From assembly GCA_045661285.1 (NCBI GenBank), contig JAZRFI010000088.1, positions 1 through 45,900 of the forward strand: a stretch of 45,900 nt of DNA, read 5' to 3'. Of this stretch, positions 8,044-17,956 are shown piece after piece. This DNA is from Eubacteriales bacterium. Its GTDB lineage: Bacteria; Bacillota; Clostridia; Oscillospirales; CAG-272. Within the stretch, counting starts at the first letter, position 1. Each line of letters starts with the position of its first letter. Both the position numbers and the translations under genes were made by a program. The notes under the pieces are model-generated. The model was not told where the DNA came from and made no database searches. It saw only the letters and a list, made by a program, of their open reading frames with translations.

Positions 8044-10476
8044 TCAGTTTATCCTTCCGGTTACCGAAATGCCGACGTTTCCCGAAAAGGGAAGCGATAG
8101 ATCGGAAAGCTTTTCCGGGGCTTTATCGCATCGCTCGGTCATATCGTTGCATTTTTTGGCGAGGGCGTTTTGCAGAACGTCGTCGACCGTATCGCAAAGA
8201 ATGAAATGCAGATGGGCGGCGGCTTCCTTGTCGATCTCATCAAGATCCCGCTCGTTTTCACGGGGGATCAGAACGGTTTTGACACCCGCGCGGTATGCCG
8301 CCATGGTTTTTTCGGTAAGCCCCCCGATGGGAAGGACCTTTCCGTGCAGGGTGATCTCACCGGTCATGGCAACGTCGTGCCGTACGGGGGTGCCCGTAAG
8401 GGCGCTTACCAGCGCCGTGACCATCGTCACACCGGCCGAAGGACCGTCCTTCGGTACGGCGCCCTCGGGGAAGTGGATATGAAGGTCGTTCTTTTTGAAG
8501 AATTCGGGCTCGATCCCCAAGGCGTTGGCACGGGCGCGTACGCAACTGACGGCAATCCCCGCGGATTCCTTCATTACGTCACCCAAAGAGCCGGTCAGCT
8601 CGATCTTTCCCGTTCCGGGGATGGGAAGTGCTTCTACCTTTAATAGGTCGCCCCCCGTTTTGGTATAAGCCAGCCCGTTTACGACGCCGATCTCGTCGGC
8701 GCGGCACTCGGGCTCGGGCAGGTATTTCCGCTTGCCGAGCAGCTGATTGACGACGGCGGGGGTAACGCTTATCCTCGTGATCTCGCCCCCTGCGATCTTG
8801 GCCGCCACCTTACGAAAAAGAGCGGCAAGCTCACGCTCTAAATTTCTGACCCCGGCTTCGCGGGTATAAAAATCGATCAGCTCAAGAAGCGCGGCATCGG
8901 AAAGAGAGAGCATTTTGCGATCCAAGCCGTGGCGCTTCATCTGTTTTTTGATGAGGTGATGCTTGGCGATATTGAATTTTTCGCTTCTCGAATAGGGCTT
9001 CACCTCGATGATCTCCATGCGGTCAAGCAGGGCGTCGGGAATCCCTTCGTAGTAGTTGGCGGTGGCAATGAACAGGCAATCCGAAAGATCAAGCGGTAAT
9101 TCAAGAAAATGATCGCGGAAATACTTGTTCTGCTCGGGGTCAAGTACCTCTAAAAGCGCCGATGCGGGGTCTCCGTGCAGGTCGTGGGAAAGCTTGTCGA
9201 TCTCGTCCAAAACGATAACGGGATTTTGCGTGCCCGCCTGAGAAATAGCGGATACGATGCGCCCGGGCATCGCCCCGACGTAGGTCTTTCTGTGGCCGCG
9301 CACGTCGGCCTCGTCACGGATACCGCCGAGCGAAATACGGGCGTATTTACGCCCCAAGGCCTTGGCGACCGAGGCGGCGATCGAGGTCTTACCGACTCCG
9401 GGAGGGCCGACCAAACAAAGAATTTGGTTCTTGATATCGGGCGCCAGCTTCCGTACGGCGATAAACTCTAAAATGCGGGTCTTGATCTTATCCAGCCCGT
9501 CGTGATCGGCATCAAGGATGCGCTTGGCGGCTTTAAGATCTAACTTATCCTTGGTTCTTTGCTCCCAAGGCAGCTCAAGACATACGTCTAAATAATTGCG
9601 AAGCACAACGCTTTCTGCCGCGCCGTAGGGGGTCTTGGCCAGCTTGCCAAGCTCCTTTTTCAGCTTATCCTTTACCTCTTGGGGAAGGGCTGCCTTTTCG
9701 ATCTTGGTGCTATACTCCTCGATCTCGTCGTTATCCTCGCCAAGCTCTTGCTGAATGGCGCGCATCTGCTCACGCAAGAAGAATTCCTTCTGATGCCCGT
9801 CAACCTTTTCGCGCACGGCGGAATGGATCTCTGCCTCGCAGACGAGAATTTCCTTCTCTTCCTCTAAGAGGACCAAGAGCCGCTCTAACCGAACGTGAGG
9901 ATTAAAGCATTCAAGCACCGATTGCTTGCTTTTGAAATTAAGAAGGGCAGAGGAAGCCACGAAATCCGAAAGAAGCCCCGGATTTTTGATCGCAGTGGCG
10001 GCGGTTCTTATCTCTTGGTTTAAGGTGGGGTGGATCGGCTCGATCTCCTCAAGACGGTTGGCAAGCTCACCCATCAAGGCCTCGGCGCGAAGCGTGGTGA
10101 CAGCCCCAAGGGTAACCTTTTTGCAAATAACGTCCGCGCGGAAAAAGCCGTCGTCCTCGATCACGTTGGTGATCTTGGCGCGGCACATTCCCTCAAAAAC
10201 GGCGGAAAGACTGCCATCGGGCGAGCGGGAAACGTGCTTGATAAGGCAAACCGTACCCACGCGGTAAAAATCCTTTTGCTTCGGATCTTCAACAGAGGGA
10301 TCCTTTTGCGCCGTCAAGATGACGTAGGAATCCCCGGCGGCAGCCTCGCTGAAGGCTTTAAGCGATATGCTGCGGGTTATGGATAAATTCATTTGTACCG
10401 AAGGGAAGGCGACGGTACCCCGTAACGGGATCAGCGGCAGGGTCGCCACCTCGGCTTTTTCAATAAAATTGGACAT
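8044..10476 (-). CDS. lon: ATP-dependent Lon protease (LonA)
   Basis: 810 aa. N-terminal LON substrate-binding domain, Walker [10 protein letters not shown], Walker [10 protein letters not shown] and the protease Ser in [22 protein letters not shown] before ATG 10476. Confidence 0.97.
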   Translation of the reverse strand: MSNFIEKAEVATLPLIPLRGTVAFPSVQMNLSITRSISLKAFSEAAAGDSYVILTAQKDPSVEDPKQKDFYRVGTVCLIKHVSRSPDGSLSAVFEGMCRAKITNVIEDDGFFRADVICKKVTLGAVTTLRAEALMGELANRLEEIEPIHPTLNQEIRTAATAIKNPGLLSDFVASSALLNFKSKQSVLECFNPHVRLERLLVLLEEEKEILVCEAEIHSAVREKVDGHQKEFFLREQMRAIQQELGEDNDEIEEYSTKIEKAALPQEVKDKLKKELGKLAKTPYGAAESVVLRNYLDVCLELPWEQRTKDKLDLKAAKRILDADHDGLDKIKTRILEFIAVRKLAPDIKNQILCLVGPPGVGKTSIAASVAKALGRKYARISLGGIRDEADVRGHRKTYVGAMPGRIVSAISQAGTQNPVIVLDEIDKLSHDLHGDPASALLEVLDPEQNKYFRDHFLELPLDLSDCLFIATANYYEGIPDALLDRMEIIEVKPYSRSEKFNIAKHHLIKKQMKRHGLDRKMLSLSDAALLELIDFYTREAGVRNLERELAALFRKVAAKIAGGEITRISVTPAVVNQLLGKRKYLPEPECRADEIGVVNGLAYTKTGGDLLKVEALPIPGTGKIELTGSLGDVMKESAGIAVSCVRARANALGIEPEFFKKNDLHIHFPEGAVPKDGPSAGVTMVTALVSALTGTPVRHDVAMTGEITLHGKVLPIGGLTEKTMAAYRAGVKTVLIPRENERDLDEIDKEAAAHLHFILCDTVDDVLQNALAKKCNDMTERCDKAPEKLSDLSLPFSGNVGISVTGRIN

Positions 10477-10621
10477 AGTGTTTTCCTTACGTTGTTCTCG
10501 TGCATATAGCAGCGCCGATGGCGCATAATTTACGCATTATACACCATTATAGCATATCGCGTATTCGTTTTCTACCCATTTTTAAAAAAAGATTTTAATC
10601 TTTTGTAAATAACTACTTTAT

Positions 10622-10704
10622 AAAATTAAAAAACCAAGCGAAGCGCTCAGCCGCGGAAAGATTTCATAAGATTGAAATTTCGGCTTGCGCGTATGCTTGG
10701 TTGC
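10622..10704 (-). ncRNA. candidate small RNA or lon leader attenuator (long interrupted hairpin plus U-tract)
   Basis: On the minus strand, nested stems AACCAAGC/GCUUGGUU, GCGC/GCGC, AGCCG/CGGCU and AUUUCA/UGAAAU are followed directly by UUUUUUAAUUUUA. The predicted 5' end is ~7 nt downstream of the promoter at 10711-10739. No family is recognised. Confidence 0.35.
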
Positions 10705-10710
10705 CCGTAT

Positions 10711-10739
10711 ATTGTAGCCGAAAACCGCGCCATTGTAAA
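10711..10739 (-). promoter_or_regulatory. sigma-A type promoter driving the candidate RNA (minus strand)
   Basis: Minus strand reads TTTACA (10739-10734), a 17-nt spacer, then TACAAT (10716-10711). Confidence 0.45.
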
Positions 10740-10798
10740 TAGGCAAAATCACCAAAAATGATCAAAAAAATCTTAAAAAAATAATTTTGAAAAAGCAC

Positions 10799-10827
10799 TT
10801 GACAACCACGAAAAGGCGTGCTATAAT
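10799..10827 (+). promoter_or_regulatory. sigma-A promoter of the infC-rpmI-rplT operon
   Basis: TTGACA (10799-10804), a 17-nt spacer ending in TGc (extended -10), then TATAAT (10822-10827). Confidence 0.75.
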
Positions 10828-10833
10828 TGTTGA

Positions 10834-10970
10834 CGTATGAGGAAACTCATCCTAAAATGAAGCAGAATTTCCGTTCTCACCTTGCCACCGTGTGCGCCAA
10901 GGTCAATAAATGCGTGAGGGATACTCGCGCTTTTGTGCATACGGAGATTCGTATGCCTTTTTATTTTATT
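10834..10970 (+). promoter_or_regulatory. ribosomal protein L20 leader (autoregulatory attenuator of the infC operon)
   Basis: A ~135-nt structured leader between the promoter and infC, with hairpins ATGAG-gaaa-CTCAT, ACCTTG...CAAGGT and GCGTGAG-ggata-CTCGCGC. It ends in a terminator at 10937-10967. The position matches the Firmicute L20 leader; the family call is by context and was not tested against a covariance model. Confidence 0.55.
10937..10967 (+). terminator. leader terminator (attenuator) upstream of infC
   Basis: GCATACG-gagatt-CGTATGC followed by CTTTTTATTTTATTT. It ends 5 nt before the infC GGAGG RBS. Confidence 0.7.
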
Positions 10971-10985
10971 TGGAGGTAAACCGCT

Positions 10986-11507
10986 ATTAGTACCAAGGAT
11001 TTACAGATCAACGAAAGCATTTCCTGCAAAGAAGTTCGGCTTGTCGGCCCCGGGGGAGAGCAGCTGGGGATCATGTCCTCTCACGCCGCCCTCGAATACG
11101 CTTATGGACAAGGGCTTGACCTTGTTTTGATGGCACCCGACGCCCAACCTCCCGTATGCCGCGTGATGGATTACGGCAAGTTCCGTTTTGAACGGGACAA
11201 AAAGGAACGTGAGGTCCGCCGCAATCAGCAGATCGTAAAGATCAAAGAGGTACAGCTCTCCTGCCGTATCGATACGCACGATTTCGAAACGCGTGCCAAT
11301 CAGGCGCGTAAGTTCCTTCAGGGCGGCGACAAGGTAAAGGTCGTTATCCGCTTTAAGGGGCGCGAAATGGCGCACCAGGAGATGGGTAGAGAAGTGGTGC
11401 AGCGCTTTATGGACGCTTGCGCCGAATTCGGTTCCTCCGATAAGATCCCCACGATCGACGGGCGTATTTTATCGGTCGTGCTTTCCCCGCTGAAAAACGG
11501 GAAATAA
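10986..11507 (+). CDS. infC: translation initiation factor IF-3
   Basis: The ORF-track entry (11073) starts at an internal Met. The frame is open back to the stop at 10977-10979, and GGAGG (10972-10976) sits 9 nt before ATT 10986. The protein then begins ISTKDLQINESISCKEVRLVGPGGEQLG, the conserved IF-3 N-terminus. A non-AUG start is the known rule for infC. Confidence 0.85.
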   Translation: MSTKDLQINESISCKEVRLVGPGGEQLGIMSSHAALEYAYGQGLDLVLMAPDAQPPVCRVMDYGKFRFERDKKEREVRRNQQIVKIKEVQLSCRIDTHDFETRANQARKFLQGGDKVKVVIRFKGREMAHQEMGREVVQRFMDACAEFGSSDKIPTIDGRILSVVLSPLKNGK

Positions 11508-11566
11508 CCTAGTTGAAAATTCAGTTTGAATTTCTATTTTTCGAGTAAAGAATAAGGAGAAAAAAC

Positions 11567-11761
11567 ATGGCAAAGATGAAAACTCACAAAGCCTCTGCGA
11601 AAAGATTTTCGCTGACGGCAAGCGGAAAGATCAAAGTCAACCATTCCCAGCACCGCCACAATCTCGGCATCAAGACCGCAAAGCGTAAAAGAACGCTTCG
11701 CAAGGGATTCATACTCAGCAAGTCTATGACTCCTACGATCACTTCCATGATCCAGCACTAA
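11567..11761 (+). CDS. rpmI: 50S ribosomal protein L35
   Basis: MAKMKTHKASAKRFSLTASGKIK..., 64 aa, following infC. Confidence 0.95.
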   Translation: MAKMKTHKASAKRFSLTASGKIKVNHSQHRHNLGIKTAKRKRTLRKGFILSKSMTPTITSMIQH

Positions 11762-11791
11762 GACGAACGAAAGAACAGGAGGATACGTGAA

Positions 11792-12145
11792 ATGGCAAGA
11801 GTAAAAGGCGCAATGATGACGCGCAAAAGAAGAAAGAGCGTTCTCAAAGCGGCAAAAGGATATTGGGGCGCAAAGAGCAAGCATTTTAAGATGGCGAAGC
11901 AGGCCGTTCTCAAGAGCGGTAACTATGCTTATATCGGCCGTAAGCTGAAGAAGAGAGACTTCCGTAAGCTTTGGATCGCCCGTATCTCGGCGCAGGCCAG
12001 AGTTTGCGGCATCAGCTATTCGAAGCTGAAGAACGGTCTGAAGAAGGCTTCGATCGATCTGAACCGTAAGATGCTTTCCGAGATCGCCGTTTCCGACAAA
12101 GAGGCTTTTGCAGCCCTTGTCGAAAAAGCCAAAGCGGCTCTTTGA
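11792..12145 (+). CDS. rplT: 50S ribosomal protein L20
   Basis: [30 protein letters not shown]..., 117 aa. Confidence 0.96.
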   Translation: MARVKGAMMTRKRRKSVLKAAKGYWGAKSKHFKMAKQAVLKSGNYAYIGRKLKKRDFRKLWIARISAQARVCGISYSKLKNGLKKASIDLNRKMLSEIAVSDKEAFAALVEKAKAAL

Positions 12146-12155
12146 CCGCACTATA

Positions 12156-12187
12156 CCCCGACTCGCACGAGTCGGGGATTTTGTTTT
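12156..12187 (+). terminator. intrinsic terminator of the infC operon
   Basis: CCCCGACTC-gcac-GAGTCGGGG followed by ATTTTGTTTT. Confidence 0.8.
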
Positions 12188-12199
12188 GAGGGGGACCCT

Positions 12200-13033
12200 A
12201 TGAACGATCGAATTTTGAAGATCAGCAGCCGCACGAATCCGCTCGTCGTGCTGATCAGTTCGTTATCCGAAAAGAAATATCGTGACAAAAATCGCCTTTT
12301 TCTGGCGGAAGGCAAGAAGCTTTTTCTTGAAGCGGTTGATAAAAAAGCCCCTATTCGCTATATTTTGATAAACGAAAGCAAAGCGGAAACGTATCTCGAA
12401 AAGGCAAAAGAAGCGATTTCCGGATTCCCGGAAGCCGAGATTCTTTTGCTTTCCGAGAGCTGCTTTGAAAAAATATCAACCGAAAAGTCCCCCGAAGGCA
12501 TTTCTGTTGTTATAAAACATCTTGACTTTTCAAAAAAATATATTAAAATATTAAATGTAGACTTTTTACGAAAAAAAGAAGAGCGGTATTTGCTTTTATC
12601 CTCGATTCGTGACCCGGGAAACCTTGGAACGATCTTGCGAAGCGCGGGCGCCTTCGGCATCGACGCGGTGTTGCTCTCGCCCGATTGTACCGACCCCTAT
12701 CATCCGCGCGCCGTACGCGCCGCGATGGGGGCTGTCTTTCAGGTTCCCACGGTTCGCTTAGAGGATGCTTCTTCGTTCGTTTCTCTTTTTCGTAGCGCCG
12801 ATCGGCGTGTGTTGGCGGCTGAGCTTCGGCCGGGCGCCCTTTCGCTTGCCGAGCATCCGCTTCGCGCTTCCGATCTTTTGATCATTGGAAACGAGGGGCA
12901 CGGAATACCCGAAGCGCTCTCTGCCGCATGCGACGCAAGCATTTATATCCCTATCACCCAAGAGGCGGAATCCTTGAATGCGGCCGCCGCCGCTACGGTA
13001 CTTCTTTGGGAACAGGGAAAATGTAAGGATTGA
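12200..13033 (+). CDS. TrmH/SpoU family RNA 2'-O-methyltransferase
   Basis: SpoU methylase motifs (LLLSSIRDPGNLGTILRSA, LIIGNEGHGIP, ESLNAAAAA) with an N-terminal substrate-binding-type domain. Confidence 0.85.
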   Translation: MNDRILKISSRTNPLVVLISSLSEKKYRDKNRLFLAEGKKLFLEAVDKKAPIRYILINESKAETYLEKAKEAISGFPEAEILLLSESCFEKISTEKSPEGISVVIKHLDFSKKYIKILNVDFLRKKEERYLLLSSIRDPGNLGTILRSAGAFGIDAVLLSPDCTDPYHPRAVRAAMGAVFQVPTVRLEDASSFVSLFRSADRRVLAAELRPGALSLAEHPLRASDLLIIGNEGHGIPEALSAACDASIYIPITQEAESLNAAAAATVLLWEQGKCKD

Positions 13034-13035
13034 CG

Positions 13036-14346
13036 ATGAAAGATATTTTGTTTTGGATCTGGCTTTGCCGCCGTGTGACCCCCGGCTCTTCCACCTTTGC
13101 AAAGCTTTTGGCGGCTTTTTCCGATCCTTACGAGATCTACGAGGCCGATGAAGAGACGCTTCGCCGCGCGCTTGCGGGGGATGACGGTGATCTTCGCTCC
13201 TTGTTGGATAAAGGGAAGGATGACGAATTGCGCATCCTAAACTTCTGCAATCGAAAAAGAGTTATTCCCTTGGCGTATGACGATCCGCGTTTTCCCGACG
13301 CCCTTCGTAAGATCCCCAATCCGCCTGTTATGCTGTTTTGCTACGGCGTGATCCCCGCTTGGAACGAAAAGCTTTGCGTTTCGGTCGTCGGAACGCGGAA
13401 GATGAGCCGTTACGGGATGAAGATGGCCTTTGAGATCGCGCGCGATCTTTCGGTTGGCGGCGCTATTGTCGTCAGCGGTATGGCCCTCGGGATCGACGGC
13501 GTTGCAAACGCCGCGGCTGTAAACGGTGGTGGGCAAACGGTTGCGGTATTGGGAAGCGGGATCGATATCCTGTATCCCGAAAAGCATCGGCATTTGGCTA
13601 CCTTTATCGCCAAGCGTGGGGTGATCGTGACCGAATTCCCACCCGGAACGAGACCGCATGGGAAAAACTTTCCTATTCGTAACCGCCTTATCAGCGGCCT
13701 TAGCGCGGCTTGTGCCGTTATTGAAGGGGATCTGAAAAGCGGCGCCCTTATTACGGCGCGCCTTGCAAAGAAGCAAGGCAAAACGGTTTACGCGCTTCCC
13801 GGTCGCGTAGACGAAGAGGTGGCTATGGGGCCATGCCTTCTTTTGCGTGATGGGGCGAAGGCTCTTTCCTGTGCTGACGATATTCTTTCGGATTTTGAAA
13901 AGGATTACTACGGGAAGATCTCCTTGCAACGTCTTTTGCAGGTCTTTCCCGCCGTGATTGAAAAGGTTCTTACGGCTATGCGCGTTCCCTTTCCGCCGGA
14001 TGAAGAGAAGGAGCGGGAAAAGCAAGTGAAAGAGCAAAAACCGAAAAAGAAAGATAAGAAGAAAAAAGAAGAGGTCGCAAGAAACAGTCTTGAGAAGGCG
14101 CCGCTATCCGAAGAGGATAAGCAAAAGGCGTACGCCCTTCTTTCCGATCTTCCGCCCGAGGCGCGTATTATTTACGATATGGTTCTCGAAAACGGGCTCG
14201 TACAGTACGACGATCTGGATTTTGACGGTCTTTCGTCTACCGACTGTATGGCCGTTGCAACACAAATGGAATTTCTCGGTCTTATCGAGCTTACGCAAAG
14301 CGGTCTGCTTTTGCCGAGCCGTACGGCCGATGATATACAAGAATAA
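13036..14346 (+). CDS. dprA: DNA processing protein DprA (Smf)
   Basis: DprA Rossmann core (VVGTRKMSRYG, SGMALGIDG, FPIRNRLISGLS), a Lys/Glu-rich linker and a C-terminal winged-helix domain. ATG 13036; an alternative TTG at 13030 overlaps the trmH stop. Confidence 0.9.
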   Translation: MKDILFWIWLCRRVTPGSSTFAKLLAAFSDPYEIYEADEETLRRALAGDDGDLRSLLDKGKDDELRILNFCNRKRVIPLAYDDPRFPDALRKIPNPPVMLFCYGVIPAWNEKLCVSVVGTRKMSRYGMKMAFEIARDLSVGGAIVVSGMALGIDGVANAAAVNGGGQTVAVLGSGIDILYPEKHRHLATFIAKRGVIVTEFPPGTRPHGKNFPIRNRLISGLSAACAVIEGDLKSGALITARLAKKQGKTVYALPGRVDEEVAMGPCLLLRDGAKALSCADDILSDFEKDYYGKISLQRLLQVFPAVIEKVLTAMRVPFPPDEEKEREKQVKEQKPKKKDKKKKEEVARNSLEKAPLSEEDKQKAYALLSDLPPEARIIYDMVLENGLVQYDDLDFDGLSSTDCMAVATQMEFLGLIELTQSGLLLPSRTADDIQE

Positions 14347-14361
14347 AGAAAGGTTAATTTT

Positions 14362-16611
14362 ATGGCAAATTTAGTAATCGTTGAGTCGCCTGCCAAGGCA
14401 AGCACCATTAAAGGATACCTTGGCTCGAATTATAAGGTTATTGCTTCCAAGGGGCATATTCGCGACCTCCCGAAAAGCGGGCTCGGCGTGGATATTGAAA
14501 ACAATTTTACCCCTCACTATATCAACATCCGCGGGAAGGGGGACGTTATCTCCCAGCTGAAGCAAGAGGCAAAGAGCGCCAATAAGATCTTTTTGGCAAC
14601 AGACCCTGACCGTGAAGGTGAGGCGATCTCTTGGCATCTGGCGGCAGCCCTTGGTATTCCGCTTGATAAAGCCTGCCGTGTAACCTTTAACGAAATCACC
14701 AAAGGCGCTGTCAAGGATGCGATCAAGCATCCCGAAACCATCAATCAGGACCTCGTTAATTCGCAACAGACCAGAAGAATTCTTGACCGAATCGTAGGAT
14801 ATAAGCTCAGCCCCTTCCTTTGGAAGTCGATCCACAGCGGTCTTTCCGCCGGGCGCGTACAAAGCGTTGCCGCCCGTATCATCTCCGAAAGAGAAGAGGA
14901 AATCCGCTCTTTCGTTCCCCGTGAATATTGGACGGTCGAGGCTGACGTTCTGACGGCGGACGGGGAAGTGATCCATACCCGTTACTTCGGTAAGGGCGGA
15001 AACGAGGATAGACTTTCTACCGCCGAGGAGGCTAAGAAGGTCACCGACGCGCTTTCTAAGTATCCGTTCATTCTGAACGCCGTCAAGAAATCGCAGAAGA
15101 GCCGTATGCCCGCGCCCCCCTTTACCACCTCTACTTTGCAGCAAGAGGCCTCTAAGAAGCTTGGCTTCCAATCTCAGCGCATTATGAAAACGGCGCAAGA
15201 GCTTTACGAAGGTATCAACCTCGGCAGTGAGCTGGGCGGCTTTTCGGGTCTTATCACCTATATGCGTACCGACTCGCTTCGCGTTTCGTCTACCGCGCAA
15301 GAGGCGGCCGCTTCTTTGATCGATGAAAAGTTCGGCAAAGAATACCGCCCCGCAAAGCCCCGCCAATTCAAGATGAAGCCCGGCGCGCAGGATGCGCACG
15401 AGGCCATTCGCCCCTCGGATATCTCGTTAACGCCCGAAAAGATCCGTCGCGCGCTGACGGTCGATCAATATCGCCTTTATAAGCTGATCTGGGAAAGATT
15501 CGTTGCAAGCCAGATGAGCTCGGCCGTCTTTACCCAGGTAACGCTTGAGTTCTCTTCGGGTGAATACCAGTTCCGCGCAACCGGAAGTACCCCGAAATTC
15601 AAGGGTTATCTTGCGGTTTACGACAACACCGCCGACGTTGAAGACGGTGAACTGGCCGACGGTTCCTCCCTGCCGCTCGGAAAGCTTTCCGAGGGGGAAA
15701 CCATGCCTCTTTCCAACTCGGGCGCCACGCAGCATTTTACCGAGCCGCCCCAGCGTTATACCGAAGCTTCTCTGATCAAATTCTTGGAGGAGAACGGCAT
15801 TGGCCGCCCCAGCACCTATACCGCCATCATCACCACGATCATCGAGCGAAACTACGTTCGCCGTGAGGGAAAATCTCTGATCCCCACCCCGCTTGGCGAG
15901 GTAACCACCAAGCTGATGAAGGAGAATTTCCCCGATATCGTTGACTATCAGTTTACCGCCGATATGGAGGATAAATTCGATAGCATTGCCAGAGGGGAAA
16001 GCACCCTTATTTCGGTTCTTTCCGATTTCTATAACGGATTTTCCGAGGCGCTTGAGAGTGCCACCGACAGCATTACCGAAAAAACCGTTGAGGTTCCGCT
16101 TGAAGAATCGAATATCCCCTGCGAAAAATGCGGAAGCCTGATGGTATACAAATCGGGTCGCTTCGGGCGCTTCCTGGCTTGCCCGAATTATCCTACCTGC
16201 CGCAACACCAAGGCTATCGGGAAAGACGGCTTGCCGATCGAAAAGAAGCAGGAGACCGAAGAGGTAGCCGATTTCAAATGCGAGCTTTGCGGGGGCGATA
16301 TGGTTCTTCGCAGCGGCCGCTTCGGTAGCTTCTACGCTTGCCGCAATTACCCGAAATGCCGCTTTACCAAGCCCCGCGATATTGGGGTGGATTGCCCGAA
16401 ATGCGGCGCTAAGATCATTACGAAAAACGGGAAAGGGAAGGTCTTTTACAGCTGTGAAAAGTATCCCGAGTGCGATTTCTCCACCTGGGATCTTCCGCTT
16501 CCCGAAAAATGCCCCGATTGCGGCGACCTCTTGCTTTACCGTAAGAGCAAGAAAACCGTGTTTTGCCGTAACCGTAAATGCACCTATAAGAAAGAAGACG
16601 TAGAAAAATGA
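14362..16611 (+). CDS. topA: DNA topoisomerase I
   Basis: Toprim N-terminus [21 protein letters not shown], type IA core and four C-terminal CxxC...CxxC zinc ribbons. dprA-topA-trmFO synteny is typical of Firmicutes. Confidence 0.97.
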   Translation: MANLVIVESPAKASTIKGYLGSNYKVIASKGHIRDLPKSGLGVDIENNFTPHYINIRGKGDVISQLKQEAKSANKIFLATDPDREGEAISWHLAAALGIPLDKACRVTFNEITKGAVKDAIKHPETINQDLVNSQQTRRILDRIVGYKLSPFLWKSIHSGLSAGRVQSVAARIISEREEEIRSFVPREYWTVEADVLTADGEVIHTRYFGKGGNEDRLSTAEEAKKVTDALSKYPFILNAVKKSQKSRMPAPPFTTSTLQQEASKKLGFQSQRIMKTAQELYEGINLGSELGGFSGLITYMRTDSLRVSSTAQEAAASLIDEKFGKEYRPAKPRQFKMKPGAQDAHEAIRPSDISLTPEKIRRALTVDQYRLYKLIWERFVASQMSSAVFTQVTLEFSSGEYQFRATGSTPKFKGYLAVYDNTADVEDGELADGSSLPLGKLSEGETMPLSNSGATQHFTEPPQRYTEASLIKFLEENGIGRPSTYTAIITTIIERNYVRREGKSLIPTPLGEVTTKLMKENFPDIVDYQFTADMEDKFDSIARGESTLISVLSDFYNGFSEALESATDSITEKTVEVPLEESNIPCEKCGSLMVYKSGRFGRFLACPNYPTCRNTKAIGKDGLPIEKKQETEEVADFKCELCGGDMVLRSGRFGSFYACRNYPKCRFTKPRDIGVDCPKCGAKIITKNGKGKVFYSCEKYPECDFSTWDLPLPEKCPDCGDLLLYRKSKKTVFCRNRKCTYKKEDVEK

Positions 16612-17942
16612 ATGAAAATCTGCCTTTGGTAACCGTTATCGGAGGCGGTCTTGCCGGCTCCGAAGCGGCTTGGCAGATCGCAAAGCGCGGGGTTAGGGTT
16701 CGCCTCTTTGAAATGCGTCCCCAAAAATATACGCCCGCGCACCGTACCGATGGGATGGCAGAGCTGGTTTGCTCGAACTCTCTCCGCTCAAATGCCACCT
16801 CAAACGCCGTCGGGCTCTTAAAGGAAGAGCTCAGGCGTCTTGGCTCGCTGATCATGGAGGCGGCCGATGCAACCGCGGTTCCCGCGGGGAGTGCCTTGGC
16901 GGTCGACCGCACGCTTTTTTCGGAATATATCACGAAAAAGCTCTATGAAAACCCCTTGATCGAGATCGTAAACCAAGAGATCACCGAAATTCCCGAAAAG
17001 GGAATCACCGTGATCGCCACCGGCCCTCTTACCTCGGATTCTCTTGCCGAGGCCATCGGAAGGCTGACAGGGGAGGGGGCGCTTCACTTTTTTGACGCGG
17101 CCGCCCCTATCGTTTCAAAGGAAAGTATAAACTTTGAAAAAGCGTTTTTTGCTTCCCGCTACGGGAAGGGGGATCCGGATGACTATCTCAACTGCCCCTT
17201 GACCGAAGAGGAATACAAGCGCTTTTACGAGGCTCTTATCGGGGCCGAGGTAGCCAAGCTTCACGATTTTGATACCAACGAAGAGCTTACGGTCTTTGAG
17301 GGCTGTATGCCGGTGGAGGTTATGGCAGCACGCGGGGTGGATACCCTTCGTTTCGGGCCTATGAAGCCCGTAGGGCTTCCGGTTCCCGCAACCGGGCGTG
17401 ATGCGTACGCCACGGTTCAGCTTCGCCGTGAAAACAAGAGCGGGGATATGTATAACCTCGTTGGCTTTCAGACCCATCTCACCTTTCCCGAGCAAAAGCG
17501 TGTTTTCGGTCTGATTCCCGGGCTTGAAAACGCTGAATTTTACCGTTACGGTGTTATGCACCGTAATACTTACCTCAATTCTCCTAAGCTTTTAAGGGCA
17601 GATTATTCGCTCCGCTCGGCCAAAAATCTGTTTTTTGCCGGGCAAATGACCGGGGTTGAGGGTTACATTGAATCGACGGGCTCTGGGTTCGTAGCCGGCC
17701 TTTCGGCCGCCGCCTTGGCCCTTGGGGAAGAGACCCCCTCTTTCCCGCCTATTACGATGCTGGGCGCTATGGCAGCGTATATTTGCGACGAAGGGGTCGT
17801 TGATTTTCAGCCGATGAACGCCAATTTCGGCATTATCGCGCCGCTTACCGAAAGGGTAAAGGGCGGTAAAAAAGCAAGAGGTGAGGCCTATGCCGCCCGC
17901 TCGCTTGCCTTTATCGACGCTTACGTTGCCGAAGGAAAATAA
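16608..17942 (+). CDS. trmFO: methylenetetrahydrofolate--tRNA-(uracil54-C5)-methyltransferase
   Basis: FAD motif [14 protein letters not shown], 444 aa, Gid/TrmFO family. ATGA overlap with topA. Confidence 0.93.
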   Translation: MNENLPLVTVIGGGLAGSEAAWQIAKRGVRVRLFEMRPQKYTPAHRTDGMAELVCSNSLRSNATSNAVGLLKEELRRLGSLIMEAADATAVPAGSALAVDRTLFSEYITKKLYENPLIEIVNQEITEIPEKGITVIATGPLTSDSLAEAIGRLTGEGALHFFDAAAPIVSKESINFEKAFFASRYGKGDPDDYLNCPLTEEEYKRFYEALIGAEVAKLHDFDTNEELTVFEGCMPVEVMAARGVDTLRFGPMKPVGLPVPATGRDAYATVQLRRENKSGDMYNLVGFQTHLTFPEQKRVFGLIPGLENAEFYRYGVMHRNTYLNSPKLLRADYSLRSAKNLFFAGQMTGVEGYIESTGSGFVAGLSAAALALGEETPSFPPITMLGAMAAYICDEGVVDFQPMNANFGIIAPLTERVKGGKKARGEAYAARSLAFIDAYVAEGK

Positions 17943-17956
17943 AAAGGAGACTTTCC

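Noticed and set aside
10477-10985. The 509-bp AT-rich spacer at a minus-to-plus strand switch, considered as a possible replication origin.
   Set aside because: There is no dnaA or dnaN nearby and no cluster of DnaA boxes (TTATCCACA) in the spacer. The content is explained by the lon upstream region, the infC promoter/leader and the candidate RNA unit. Gene orientation switches several more times later in the window.
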